64,000 bases of DNA from Spirochaetia bacterium. GTDB taxonomy: Bacteria; Spirochaetota; Spirochaetia; DSM-16054; Sediminispirochaetaceae. Positions 42,653 to 52,301 of this stretch are shown piece after piece. Location of the stretch: contig JAXHMY010000001.1 in NCBI GenBank assembly GCA_034520965.1, positions 864,001 to 928,000 on the forward strand. Reading direction: 5' to 3'. The notes under the pieces were generated by a model. The model searched no databases. It was not told the DNA's origin and saw only the letters and a list, made by a program, of their open reading frames with translations. Made by a program: the position numbers and the translations under genes. Each line of letters opens with the position of its first letter. Positions within the stretch are counted from its first letter, which is position 1.

Positions 42653-42723
42653 GCAAGCTGCATATACCGTAACTGCAGCGGCAGCTTAGGTGCCTGCCGC
42701 TGCATAGGTCGCACAAATTTAGT

Positions 42724-43751
42724 TTACGGTTTAGGTATACCGAGTTCTTCCGGGCTCATGACCGTGTCGCCGGACTCATGCTTCAGCCATGCGTCGATTT
42801 GTACCATCGGGAATGACTTATCCACTGCCGTCTCGCCGTAGGCAGGGTCAAACACAACTGCATTGTTCGAGGCCCATTCGCGCAGTTTATCGGATTCCAT
42901 CACAACCTCTTCCCAGATAGTATCAAGGGTGTTAGTTACTTCGGCGGGTACTCCCTTCGGGACAAAAATACCGAAATAGATCGGTGCAGTCTTGAAGTCG
43001 GGTATCCACTCTTTAATGGACGGAACAGTCTCGTCATATCCGGCGATATCCAGGGGTGCATCGGCCAGTACTGCCAGGGGCGCAGCTTACCGGCTTTGAT
43101 CATGTCCACCTGTTCAACCGACAGCTGCGGTACAGCATCAGTTTCGCCACCGACTGTGGCTACCACCGCCGGGTTACCGCCATCATAGGTCACATGGTTG
43201 TAGTTGATTCCGGTATAGCTTTTAATCATCTCGATGGCTGTATGTCCTGCACTATTTACACCTGCAGTTGCAACCTTGATTCTCTTGTCGCTGTTCTTGA
43301 ATGCATCTAACAGCTCACCAAAATCCTCATACGGAGTATCGGGATTCACCGACACTACCGCCGGCATAGCAACATTCAGGTACAAATTCCAATCATCTAA
43401 GGTAGTATCCAAAAGACCCTGAAGTTTATACACTCCCAAATCTTTCACCGCACCGGCCGTCCAGGTATATCCGTCCCGCGGTGCATCGAGGGCACCCTTG
43501 GTTCCAACAGAACCGGAGGCACCGCCCTGGTTTACTACCACAATCTCGACTCCAAGTTCATCCGATACGATATCCGCCGTTACACGGGCCGAGCGGTCGG
43601 TGGACCCACCGGCTCCCCACGGAACGATGAGATTGATCGGTTTGTTAGGCTGCCATTCATAGCCGCCCTCTTCCGCCTCCTGTTGGCCACCGGCCCACAG
43701 AAATCCTGCCGCTACCAAAAGCAGCACCGTTACAGTAAGCAGTCTCTTCAT
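42724..43751 (-). CDS. tctC: Tripartite tricarboxylate transporter substrate-binding protein, frameshift near 43075
   Basis: VPWGAGGSTD, NQGGASG, DGYT and YDGG motifs; the C-terminus continues in another frame to LGIPKP*. Confidence 0.88.
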
Positions 43752-43781
43752 ATGCTTACCCTCCTTTTATAGAATTATATT

Positions 43782-44669
43782 TCAAGAGAGCGAGGCATAC
43801 CCCGCCTCTCTCAATAGCTCTTTTGTACGCACTGCGTACTTATGGAAAGTATTCCAGCGATACTCAGCATCAGCTGTTACTGTGGGGTCATGAAACACCA
43901 CCGCAACATGGGGCTCGATAGAAACGCCGCTGCTGTATCCGTCCTTACGCAGTTCTGCAAGCAGCTCCGGCACCTGCCCATCACCTTCGCCGGGAAAGGA
44001 GTACTGCACCTTTTCATTGAGAACCCGGCCATCCTTTATATGCACGTACCGGACCGCATCCTTCACTTGCCGGTAAAAATCGAGACTATCCTGGTAGGTA
44101 TAGGGCGGCTGTCCACGATAGTCGTAGGTAGCAAAGGGATTTCCCGTATCAAATACCAGTTGAAATGCCGGCGAATCGATCTGCTCAAGCAGGTAAAGGC
44201 TGTGCTCCGGGCTCTGCCCGCCCCAGGTCTCACAGTTCTCATGCACACAGGTCACCCCGCCGTCTTCGGCTCGCCGCACTATTTCTTTAAGCCGCCGCAC
44301 TATCTCCCGTTCCAAATCCGGGTCATCGCCAACCGGTCCATTCGGAGCCCGGTAGCTCATAATACGGAGCATCTCTACCCCCATCTGCTGCATTCGCGGT
44401 ATCGCCCGTTCTATCTCCTCAATATCCCACTCCAGGGGGTCGTTTATTCTGCGGCCCCAATTTGCGATTTCACTGCCAAAGCTCACCGCCTGAATTCCGG
44501 CGGAAGATAACTTTTCATATACATCCTCAAAACCGTGTTCTGGAAGCTTAGTGATATTTACCCCGTCTATCGCCCGCAAATCAATTTTGTTCCAGCCTAG
44601 ACTGCGGCACATCTCTATCTGCCCTTCGATAGATGGGGAAGCTTCATCTGTAAAACCGGTAATAAACAT
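43782..44669 (-). CDS. Sugar phosphate isomerase/epimerase family protein
   Basis: GFTDE, HENC, FDTGN, HIKD and SIEPH motifs. Confidence 0.88.
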   Translation of the reverse strand: MFITGFTDEASPSIEGQIEMCRSLGWNKIDLRAIDGVNITKLPEHGFEDVYEKLSSAGIQAVSFGSEIANWGRRINDPLEWDIEEIERAIPRMQQMGVEMLRIMSYRAPNGPVGDDPDLEREIVRRLKEIVRRAEDGGVTCVHENCETWGGQSPEHSLYLLEQIDSPAFQLVFDTGNPFATYDYRGQPPYTYQDSLDFYRQVKDAVRYVHIKDGRVLNEKVQYSFPGEGDGQVPELLAELRKDGYSSGVSIEPHVAVVFHDPTVTADAEYRWNTFHKYAVRTKELLREAGYASLS

Positions 44670-44680
44670 CTCCTCTCTCC

Positions 44681-46111
44681 TCACCCATAAATAGAATAGG
44701 CATCCTTGGCGTACGCCGGTTCAGGCAGGGCCCGGCCAATCTCATCAAGCCGGTACCCAAAACCGTGCCCACTGAGACTCACGGTCGAAACCATTCCGTT
44801 TCTCCGTCGGTATACCCCAGGATGCACCGCCGCTTCTGCGGCGGAGGCCTCCGGATAAAACTGGGAGGCATTTGCTTCAAAACCCATAAGGGTCGGTACA
44901 AAAGCCGCAAAAGAGGTATGGGACAAGGCCGCCAGCATAGGGTTTGTCAGGTCCTGCACCATTAGGGGCATGCCATAACTCTGTGCAAGGCTGGCCATTA
45001 AAATGGAGGCGGTGTAGGTTTTGCAGGTTTTAAGGGCAACCCCGCTCCAACCCAGTTTGCGGGCCGGCAGCAGCACCGACCAATGATCTGCCCCCTCATC
45101 CAACAGCAAAGGCTTTATCGCCGAAACGGCATGGACATCCATGCTCAATACTTCAATTTCCGCCGGAAAGGGCTGCTCGACAAACAGCAGCATTCCGAAT
45201 ATGCGCGGATATTCGCGCATAAGTTTTGTAAGCAGTGCAACCACATACCTCGGATCACTCACCGTACAGTTAAAATCTACCGAAAGCCATGTAAGCCCAT
45301 GCTGCAGGGCGATTTTTCCCACCTGTATCAACCGCTGTACATCCCACTCATAATCCTGTCCCAGCAGCTTTACCTTCAAACAGGTAATTCCATCCCGCTT
45401 AATCCACTCCTGCAGCAGCAGGGGGTAGCCGTCATCGGGTGCTGTTTCTTGTATCTCCTCGGGAAAAAGGAAGTCCTCTCCCCCTACCAAATGCCACACC
45501 GGCAGCCTCTCCAACGGCCTGGTGCGCAGAAAGTCGGAGGGATACAGATCTCGAAACCGATGGGGCGATTCAGTCCGACCCTCCAAATAATACGAAAGAT
45601 CATGCTTCAGAAAATCGCTTCCATAAATGGCATGAACCGGGCGCTCATTTACCCTCCCGAATGCATCGTGGAGGGCAATATCGAATGCCGAATAGGCCGC
45701 CAAAGCAGCGCTCCAGGGAAAAGGCCTGTCCACAGTGCTGTGAGCATTGATTTTTTGCACCAAGTCCGGAAGAAAGTCTCGAATTACCTGAAAACCAATA
45801 TCCAGCGCATGCCCTTCTAAATTGGAACTCAACAGATGGTCGGCACATGCGGTCACCGCCTGTTTCATAAATGCCACGCGTTCCTGGATGGAGCAGCAAG
45901 CAGGCCAAAGCCACTGCACACTCAGGGGCACCTCTCCCCAGCCGGTTTCAATCCGTCCCCGGCCATTCTCTACCACCGCTTTTACACGCACACACTCAAT
46001 ACCGGTCATAGATTCAAACCCAAAACGGAGCGGAATACGCGCCTTCACGGGTAAATAATAAAGGGAAAGCGAGACTATTTTGATATCCGTTAAACTCATA
46101 TACCCGTACAT
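44681..46111 (-). CDS. Enolase superfamily (mandelate racemase-like) enzyme
   Basis: LKVKL, VDFN, VEQP, LDE and ALKTCK motifs. Confidence 0.85.
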   Translation of the reverse strand: MYGYMSLTDIKIVSLSLYYLPVKARIPLRFGFESMTGIECVRVKAVVENGRGRIETGWGEVPLSVQWLWPACCSIQERVAFMKQAVTACADHLLSSNLEGHALDIGFQVIRDFLPDLVQKINAHSTVDRPFPWSAALAAYSAFDIALHDAFGRVNERPVHAIYGSDFLKHDLSYYLEGRTESPHRFRDLYPSDFLRTRPLERLPVWHLVGGEDFLFPEEIQETAPDDGYPLLLQEWIKRDGITCLKVKLLGQDYEWDVQRLIQVGKIALQHGLTWLSVDFNCTVSDPRYVVALLTKLMREYPRIFGMLLFVEQPFPAEIEVLSMDVHAVSAIKPLLLDEGADHWSVLLPARKLGWSGVALKTCKTYTASILMASLAQSYGMPLMVQDLTNPMLAALSHTSFAAFVPTLMGFEANASQFYPEASAAEAAVHPGVYRRRNGMVSTVSLSGHGFGYRLDEIGRALPEPAYAKDAYSIYG

Positions 46112-46121
46112 TATGTATCAA

Positions 46122-46278
46122 ATTGTAACCCCCACATTAGGGCTTTGTCAAAAATTTAATTAAGTTTTTCAAATTTTATGAAAATTTACTGAAATAAGTG
46201 CTAAATTAAGCACTATAAAGCTACTAAGAACCTGACTTTGATTATATTATTGACAAAGTACATTCTGAATGGTATTTT
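46122..46278. promoter_or_regulatory. Divergent promoters, each overlapped by a candidate ROK operator
   Basis: Minus: TTGACA(46151-46146)-18-TACAAT. Plus: TTGACA(46250-46255)-17-TATTTT. Related imperfect palindromes at 46142-46165 and 46235-46259. Confidence 0.6.
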
Positions 46279-46324
46279 ATATTCAGATTTTTATGGTAGC
46301 ACTTTTAAAATTGCTGCATTCAAG

Positions 46325-47635
46325 GTGTACAAATTGCATAAGTCGGCGGGCCAACCAAAACTGCTCAAGGAAATCAATAACAATCATGTACTTAATCTAT
46401 TGGTGCAGAAACGGCAGATATCACGGGCACAGCTTGCAAAACTTACCGGTCTCAGTCGAGCTACAATCTCAATGTTGGTTGATGAGCTAATCGAAATAGG
46501 CCTTGTCACCGAAGCAGGCCAGGGCAACTCCAGTGGAGGGCGCCCGCCCATCATTCTGCAGTTCAATCCCAACACAGCATATGCCCTGGGCGCACACATG
46601 CAGGATAATGAATGGACAGTGGTTGCCACCAATTTGGACGGGACAATTATCCATTCGATAGGCTCACCTATTCCCCAAAACAGCCCGGAGCAGGCAGTGA
46701 ACACCCTGTCATCCCTGGTAGAGCAGATTACCTCACAAACCGCCGGCGCCCCCATTCTGCCGGCGATCGGAATAGGCAGTCCGGGCCTGGTCGACATCTC
46801 GAGCGGCACTATCCAAAGTGCTGTGGATATCGGCTGGTTCCAAGTACCTCTGGCGAAGCTCATTCAAGAAAAACTGGGTTTACCCGCCTATGTGGTAAAC
46901 CGCAGTAAAGGCGGTGCACTGGCTGAGATGTGGAGCGGCGGCGTCAACCGCAGTCAGGACCTCATCTATATTTCCATCGGCACCGGAGTTGCCGCGGGAA
47001 TTCTGCATCAGGGGCGGCTGTACCACGGCGCAAACTCCAGCGCGGGAGAGCTGGGACACGTAACCATCATACCCGACGGACCGGCCTGTCCCTGCGGGAA
47101 TCACGGCTGCCTGCAGCAGCTTATATCCGAACACGCCCTGGCTGCGCGAGCCAGGGAAAAGCTAAAATCCGGCCTGTCGAGCAGCTTATATGCACTTGCC
47201 GGCCATCACCCCGAACGACTTACCGCCTACGATGTAATTGATGCCGCCGAAGAGGGCGACACCCTTGCCTGCGAGGTAATCGATACCGCCGCCGAGTACC
47301 TGGCAATTGCGGTCGGAAACCTTATTAACCTCTTTAACCCGGAAAAGATAGTCATCGGCGGACCAGTGGGTAACCGCAGCCGCCGCTTGGCAACAAGCTT
47401 ACAGGAGAAAGTTTCCTACCGTGCTATGGCCTACCCCCTCTCAGCCGTACATATAAGCACCAGCACCCTGGGCGAACAGGCAGGCGCCATCGGCGCGGCA
47501 GTACTGGTACTGCAGAACGCCCACCAGCTTCTTTTCCAGCTCTCTCCTGCAACCGCTTCCACTTCTTCGCCCCCCAATGACTCTCCCTCAGCTGCTGCGC
47601 CTTCAGCTGCGCCCACTGCAGCAAAGCACACCTAA
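46325..47635 (+). CDS. ROK family transcriptional repressor (XylR/NagC-like)
   Basis: HTH ISRAQLAKLTGLS, GGRPP, IGTGVAAG and GELGH...CPCGNHGCL motifs. Confidence 0.93.
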   Translation: MYKLHKSAGQPKLLKEINNNHVLNLLVQKRQISRAQLAKLTGLSRATISMLVDELIEIGLVTEAGQGNSSGGRPPIILQFNPNTAYALGAHMQDNEWTVVATNLDGTIIHSIGSPIPQNSPEQAVNTLSSLVEQITSQTAGAPILPAIGIGSPGLVDISSGTIQSAVDIGWFQVPLAKLIQEKLGLPAYVVNRSKGGALAEMWSGGVNRSQDLIYISIGTGVAAGILHQGRLYHGANSSAGELGHVTIIPDGPACPCGNHGCLQQLISEHALAARAREKLKSGLSSSLYALAGHHPERLTAYDVIDAAEEGDTLACEVIDTAAEYLAIAVGNLINLFNPEKIVIGGPVGNRSRRLATSLQEKVSYRAMAYPLSAVHISTSTLGEQAGAIGAAVLVLQNAHQLLFQLSPATASTSSPPNDSPSAAAPSAAPTAAKHT

Positions 47636-47735
47636 AGCCTTCACCCTCCCCTCCCTGCAACGACAGCAATTCGAATTGCTGCTGCAACGAGCTTGACTCA
47701 CAGAGGGCATGTACTTACTCTTTAAGCTGAGGTTA

Positions 47736-48641
47736 ATGCACATGGCAAATTTAGATTCCAACCAAAACTCCTTCATCGAGCGCATAGCCAAACAGCTGTC
47801 GACCAGAGAAGTACTGAGCAGTATCTATCACCACGGCTTTGATCAGGTACCAATGCCTTCGGTGGAAGTACTCACTGAAATCATAGAAGAACTGCGAGCC
47901 GTCCTTTTTCCCGGCTACTTCGGCGATTCGGGCATTAAGGACCGGCTGTTGCAGTACCACATAGGCGCAGTGCTTGATAACGTCTACCACCAGCTCTCGG
48001 AGCAGGTACGCCGGGGTTACTGCTTCGAATGCGGGCATCGAACCAGCGGTGCCTGCAGCGAGTGCCAAATTGAGGCCGAAAGCACCGTTCAGCAGCTAAT
48101 CGAACAGCTCCCGGCCATCCGCCACCTGCTGTCCACCGACGCACAGGCCGCCTACGAGGGCGACCCCGCCAGCCAGAGTGTGGGAGAGACCATCTTTGCC
48201 TACCCCAGCCTGCAGGCCCTGACAAACTACCGGATCGCCCATGTCCTCTACAGCCTGCAGGTCCCCCTGATTCCCCGCATCATTACCGAAATCGCCCACT
48301 CCAACACCGGCATCGACATCCACCCCGGAGCCCAAATAGGCGAGCGCTGTTTTATCGACCACGGCACGGGGGTTGTCATCGGAGAGACATCCGTACTCGG
48401 CAGAAACGTACGTTTATACCAGGGGGTCACCCTCGGGGCAAAAAGCTTTCCTCTGGACAAAAACGGCAAGCCGATTAAGGGAATCGACCGTCACCCGGTT
48501 CTTGAAGATAACGTAATAATCTACTCCGGAGCCACCCTCCTCGGGCGCATCCGCATCGGCAAAGGTGCGGTCATCGGCGGCAATGTGTGGCTTACCGAGG
48601 ACGTTGAAGCCGGCACTACCGTCCGGGCAAACTTTAGCTAA
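47736..48641 (+). CDS. cysE: Serine O-acetyltransferase (long EpsC/CysE type)
   Basis: GDPAS, GIDIHPGA, IDHGTGVVIGET, YQGVTLG and RHP motifs. Confidence 0.92.
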   Translation: MHMANLDSNQNSFIERIAKQLSTREVLSSIYHHGFDQVPMPSVEVLTEIIEELRAVLFPGYFGDSGIKDRLLQYHIGAVLDNVYHQLSEQVRRGYCFECGHRTSGACSECQIEAESTVQQLIEQLPAIRHLLSTDAQAAYEGDPASQSVGETIFAYPSLQALTNYRIAHVLYSLQVPLIPRIITEIAHSNTGIDIHPGAQIGERCFIDHGTGVVIGETSVLGRNVRLYQGVTLGAKSFPLDKNGKPIKGIDRHPVLEDNVIIYSGATLLGRIRIGKGAVIGGNVWLTEDVEAGTTVRANFS

Positions 48642-48846
48642 ACCCGCCCCGAATAAATCACCCGAATAAATCAAATAGAAATCCTGCTTTCTATCCCGGT
48701 CGCTGTGGGTTATAATGGGCCTAATAAGCGCCACCGCGTGGATTGGCATCTTTTTTTAAGAATTTTTAAAAAAATGCAATTTTACAGATCCACCGGCGGT
48801 GGACAGAAAACACACTATGCGTGTAGTAACAACGAGGAGAGATGCG

Positions 48847-50130
48847 ATGTCGAATAACAACGGTCACAAATCAAAAATAAAGGAATCCTCCCTGCGCTCC
48901 CCCGACAGCGCTCCTGAAGGGCGAAAGAAGATCGAGTGGGTCGCCAAGCGGATGGACATCCTGAACGAAATCAAAGCCATTAACTCAGAGGTAAAACCCC
49001 TTAAAGGTCGCCGGGTGGCCATCTGCCTGCACCTGGAGGCTAAAACCGCCTACATGGCCACCGTCATCCGCGACCTGGGCGCCGAGGTCATCATCTCCGG
49101 CAGCAACCCCCTCTCCACCCAGGACGATGTAGCCGCCGGCCTTGCTTCGATGGGAATTGAGGTTCACAGCTGGCACCAGGCCACCCCCGAAGAATACTAC
49201 GGCTTTATCAACAAGCTCATTGATTTCGGACCCGACCTGATCATCGACGACGGAGGCGACCTGGTGGCCACCCTGCACTCCAGCCGCCGCGAGCAGCTTG
49301 AGCACATCATTGGCGGTGCAGAGGAAACCACCACCGGCATCCACCGCCTGCGGGCCATGGAAGCGGCAAAGGAGCTCAAGTTCCCGATGATCGCAGTAAA
49401 CGATGCCATGTGCAAATACCTCTTCGACAACCGCTACGGCACCGGCCAATCGGTCTGGGACAGCATCATGCGCACCACCAACCTGGTGGTCGCCGGTAAA
49501 ACCGCTGTGGTTATTGGCTACGGCTGGTGCGGGAAAGGCGTGGCTATGCGTGCCGACGGTTTAGGCGCGCGGGTGGTGGTCTGCGAGATCGACCCGATTA
49601 AGGCATCCGAGGCCTGGATGGACGGCTATGAAGTAATGCCCCTTGAACAAGCCGCAGCCAAGGGCGACTTCTTCATTACCGTCACCGGCTGTAACGATGT
49701 TATCCGTAAAGAGCACATCCGGCAGATGAAGGACGGGGCTATTCTCTGCAACGCCGGCCATTTCGATGTAGAGATAAGCAAACCCGACCTGGAGTCCCTG
49801 GCCTCCTTCGAGGATGAGGTGCGCAGAAACATCCGCAAATACGACCTCGGCGACGGCCGCTCGGTCTATCTGCTGGCAGAGGGGCGTCTGGTCAATCTGG
49901 CTGCCGGCGACGGTCACCCCGCCGAGATTATGGATATGACCTTCTCGCTGCAGGTTTCCTCCCTGCTGTACCTGATCGAAGCCGGCAAGCTGGAGGCGCA
50001 GGTGTACAGCGTCCCGGAAGAGATCGATAAGGGAGTAGCCGAGCTAAAACTGGCCTCGCTGGGCTTGGAGATAGATGAGCTGTCCAAGAAGCAGCGGGAG
50101 TACCTCAACTCCTGGAGCCTAGGCAGCTAG
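48847..50130 (+). CDS. ahcY: Adenosylhomocysteinase
   Basis: NPLSTQD, DDGGD, EETTTG, KYLFDNRYGTGQS, GYGWCGKG and GHPAEIMD motifs. Confidence 0.97.
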   Translation: MSNNNGHKSKIKESSLRSPDSAPEGRKKIEWVAKRMDILNEIKAINSEVKPLKGRRVAICLHLEAKTAYMATVIRDLGAEVIISGSNPLSTQDDVAAGLASMGIEVHSWHQATPEEYYGFINKLIDFGPDLIIDDGGDLVATLHSSRREQLEHIIGGAEETTTGIHRLRAMEAAKELKFPMIAVNDAMCKYLFDNRYGTGQSVWDSIMRTTNLVVAGKTAVVIGYGWCGKGVAMRADGLGARVVVCEIDPIKASEAWMDGYEVMPLEQAAAKGDFFITVTGCNDVIRKEHIRQMKDGAILCNAGHFDVEISKPDLESLASFEDEVRRNIRKYDLGDGRSVYLLAEGRLVNLAAGDGHPAEIMDMTFSLQVSSLLYLIEAGKLEAQVYSVPEEIDKGVAELKLASLGLEIDELSKKQREYLNSWSLGS

Positions 50131-50134
50131 GCGT

Positions 50135-50210
50135 AGCTTGGTGCTGCCAGAGGGCTAAGTTGAAGCTGCTAGCCGAAGCTTGGTGCTGCCAGAGGCCTAA
50201 GTTTAAGCTG
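50135..50210 (+). repeat. Two-copy 34-bp direct repeat, period 42
   Basis: AGCTTGGTGCTGCCAGAGGGCTAAGTTGAAGCTG at 50135-50168 and a copy with 2 mismatches at 50177-50210. Confidence 0.85.
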
Positions 50211-50272
50211 AGTGGATACTTGGAGGTGCTAATGTTTTACAATACTGCTAAGTGTTATAGGGAAAAAGAATT

Positions 50273-50944
50273 ATGAGTAGAATACCACCACGCTTCGGAA
50301 AACTGGTCAGGGATGTGGGGGCGGGGCTGTTTATTGCCGCAGTAGCGGCAATTTTCATCCACCCCCTCACCTACAGCCACTACGGCCAACTATACCTTCG
50401 CTTTCCCGCCACACTCTCTTTTTTGAAATTTGCGGTTCTGGCAACATTTGGCGAGATGCTGGTAGCACGCATGAGAACCGGCAGCTATCTGCCCCCGCAG
50501 TTCGGGCTGCTGCCAAAAGCAATCGTATGGGGTATTTTGGGAGTCTTTATCTGGGTCGCCTTTGGAATCTTTTCCTACGGAGTTACCGGCACCTTTTTCG
50601 CCGGTAGTACCCCGGAAACCACCGGGATGCTCCTGTTAAACGCCTTTAGCATATCCTTTTTCATGAACATCATATTTGCCCCTATGATGATGATGACCCA
50701 CCACCTCACCGACACCTATATCGCCCAAAACGCCGGAAAGCTCCCGCTGCACGGATTTGCTTTACTGCCCCTGCTAAAGAGCATTAACTGGGAGAGAATG
50801 TGGGGATTCGTGTACAAAAAAACCATTCCCCTCTTCTGGATTCCGGCCCACACCGTCACTTTTCTGCTGCCGGAGGAGCTGCGGGTACTGTTTGCAGTGG
50901 CACTTTCGGTTGTATTGGGGCTCCTGCTTACAGTCAAAAAGTAG
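50273..50944 (+). CDS. Mpv17/PMP22-like membrane protein
   Basis: KFAVLATFGE and FWIPAHTVTFLLP motifs; several transmembrane segments. Confidence 0.75.
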   Translation: MSRIPPRFGKLVRDVGAGLFIAAVAAIFIHPLTYSHYGQLYLRFPATLSFLKFAVLATFGEMLVARMRTGSYLPPQFGLLPKAIVWGILGVFIWVAFGIFSYGVTGTFFAGSTPETTGMLLLNAFSISFFMNIIFAPMMMMTHHLTDTYIAQNAGKLPLHGFALLPLLKSINWERMWGFVYKKTIPLFWIPAHTVTFLLPEELRVLFAVALSVVLGLLLTVKK

Positions 50945-51025
50945 TAGCGGCACCCCGAGGAAGCGTACTCTGGAAGAAAAAGCAGAAGGATAGAGGGAGG
51001 GGTTTAGGACGGGGTTATTTTTTTA

Positions 51026-52301
51026 TTAATGGTTCAAACCATGGGGAATTGAAGCAGAGATGCGATTTACCTCCTCTATTAGAGTGTACCCACACTTTTT
51101 TTTAGAGGAGGCCTGCCAATGCTTATCCCCCCTTTTTGTCCCCATCCCGAATGTGATTATCACACAAAGCCACCTGCCCCCCGGCGTTGGTACCACATCT
51201 CCGGCAGCTACGAGACCCAGGCCCATGGGACGGTCACCCGCTTCAGATGCCTCGGCTGCGGCGGAGGGTTTAGCGAGCAAACCTTTCGCCTCGATTATTA
51301 TGTAAAGCGAAAGCTCGACTATCAGGTGGTTTTCGATCATATGACCAACTGCGGAGGAGTGCGTAAAACCGCCCGTATAATGGAGGTCAGCCACCAGGCG
51401 ATTATCAACCGCCTGGGCCGTCTCGCCCGACAGGCCATTGCACTACAGGCCGATATCCTCCAGGACTACGTTCCTTGTGAGGATCTGGTCACCGACGGGT
51501 TCGAGAGTTTTGTCAGCGATCAGTACCAGCCGAACAACATCCACATCCTGGCCGGCAAGAGATCACAGTTCTTTATCACCTTCGACTATGCCCATTTGCG
51601 GCGCAAGGGCAAAATGACCGAGCTCCAGAAGGCCGAACGTGACCGGCGGGAGAAGCACTATATCCGCAAAAGGATCTCCATCAGCCAGTCGTTTCTGCAG
51701 ATTGTCGATCTGGTCGAACAATATGCACAGAAGCGGCGGTTTACCTGTCTTTACAGTGATGAGAAGCTCGAATACCAAAGACTGGTCAGGGGTTCGGATG
51801 TGCTCCAGAGCCTAAAAAGCGAGGGGAGGTTCGAGCATGTGAGAATCTCCTCCCATTTAGCACGCACCGTGCTCAATCCACTTTTTTCTGCCAATTATTT
51901 GGACAGGCAATTTAGGAAAGATAATGCCAATCATGTGCGTGAGACGGTGCGCTTCTCCCAGAATGTCAATAACTGTCTTGAGCGCATGGCGGTCTACCAG
52001 CTGTATCAGAATTATTTCAAGCCCTTTCGCATTGACCAGCCTTTTTTACAGGACTTCTCCCATGCCGAGTGGGCCGGGGTGCCGCCGGCTAAAATTGCGA
52101 GGGGGCTGCGAGGCATCTTTACCATGCGCAAGTTCTACACGCATGTAAAGCTCAACTGGTCGCAGCTGATGGTGTGGGCTCGGATGACCGGAACCCTGGA
52201 TAAGTTCGACGGGATGTACTGGCCGAAATATATATGGATGTAATCCCCATACTCGCAGGGGGCGTGTGAAAAATCGCATCCCCCATGGTTTGAACCATTA
52301 A
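51026..52301 (+). mobile_element. Insertion sequence, IS1-related, with 21-bp terminal inverted repeats that include TTAA
   Basis: TTAATGGTTCAAACCATGGGG (51026-51046) and its exact reverse complement (52281-52301) enclose a single ORF. Confidence 0.85.
51119..52243 (+). CDS. Putative transposase (Zn ribbon, HTH, DDE-like domain)
   Basis: CPHPEC...RFRCLGCGGGFS Zn ribbon; GVRKTARIMEVSHQAI HTH; acidic motifs TDGFE and YSDE. Confidence 0.78.
   Translation: MLIPPFCPHPECDYHTKPPAPRRWYHISGSYETQAHGTVTRFRCLGCGGGFSEQTFRLDYYVKRKLDYQVVFDHMTNCGGVRKTARIMEVSHQAIINRLGRLARQAIALQADILQDYVPCEDLVTDGFESFVSDQYQPNNIHILAGKRSQFFITFDYAHLRRKGKMTELQKAERDRREKHYIRKRISISQSFLQIVDLVEQYAQKRRFTCLYSDEKLEYQRLVRGSDVLQSLKSEGRFEHVRISSHLARTVLNPLFSANYLDRQFRKDNANHVRETVRFSQNVNNCLERMAVYQLYQNYFKPFRIDQPFLQDFSHAEWAGVPPAKIARGLRGIFTMRKFYTHVKLNWSQLMVWARMTGTLDKFDGMYWPKYIWM

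Noticed and set aside
50135..50210. 34-bp direct repeat as a mini CRISPR array
   Set aside because: Only two copies with an 8-bp gap, and no cas genes or leader.
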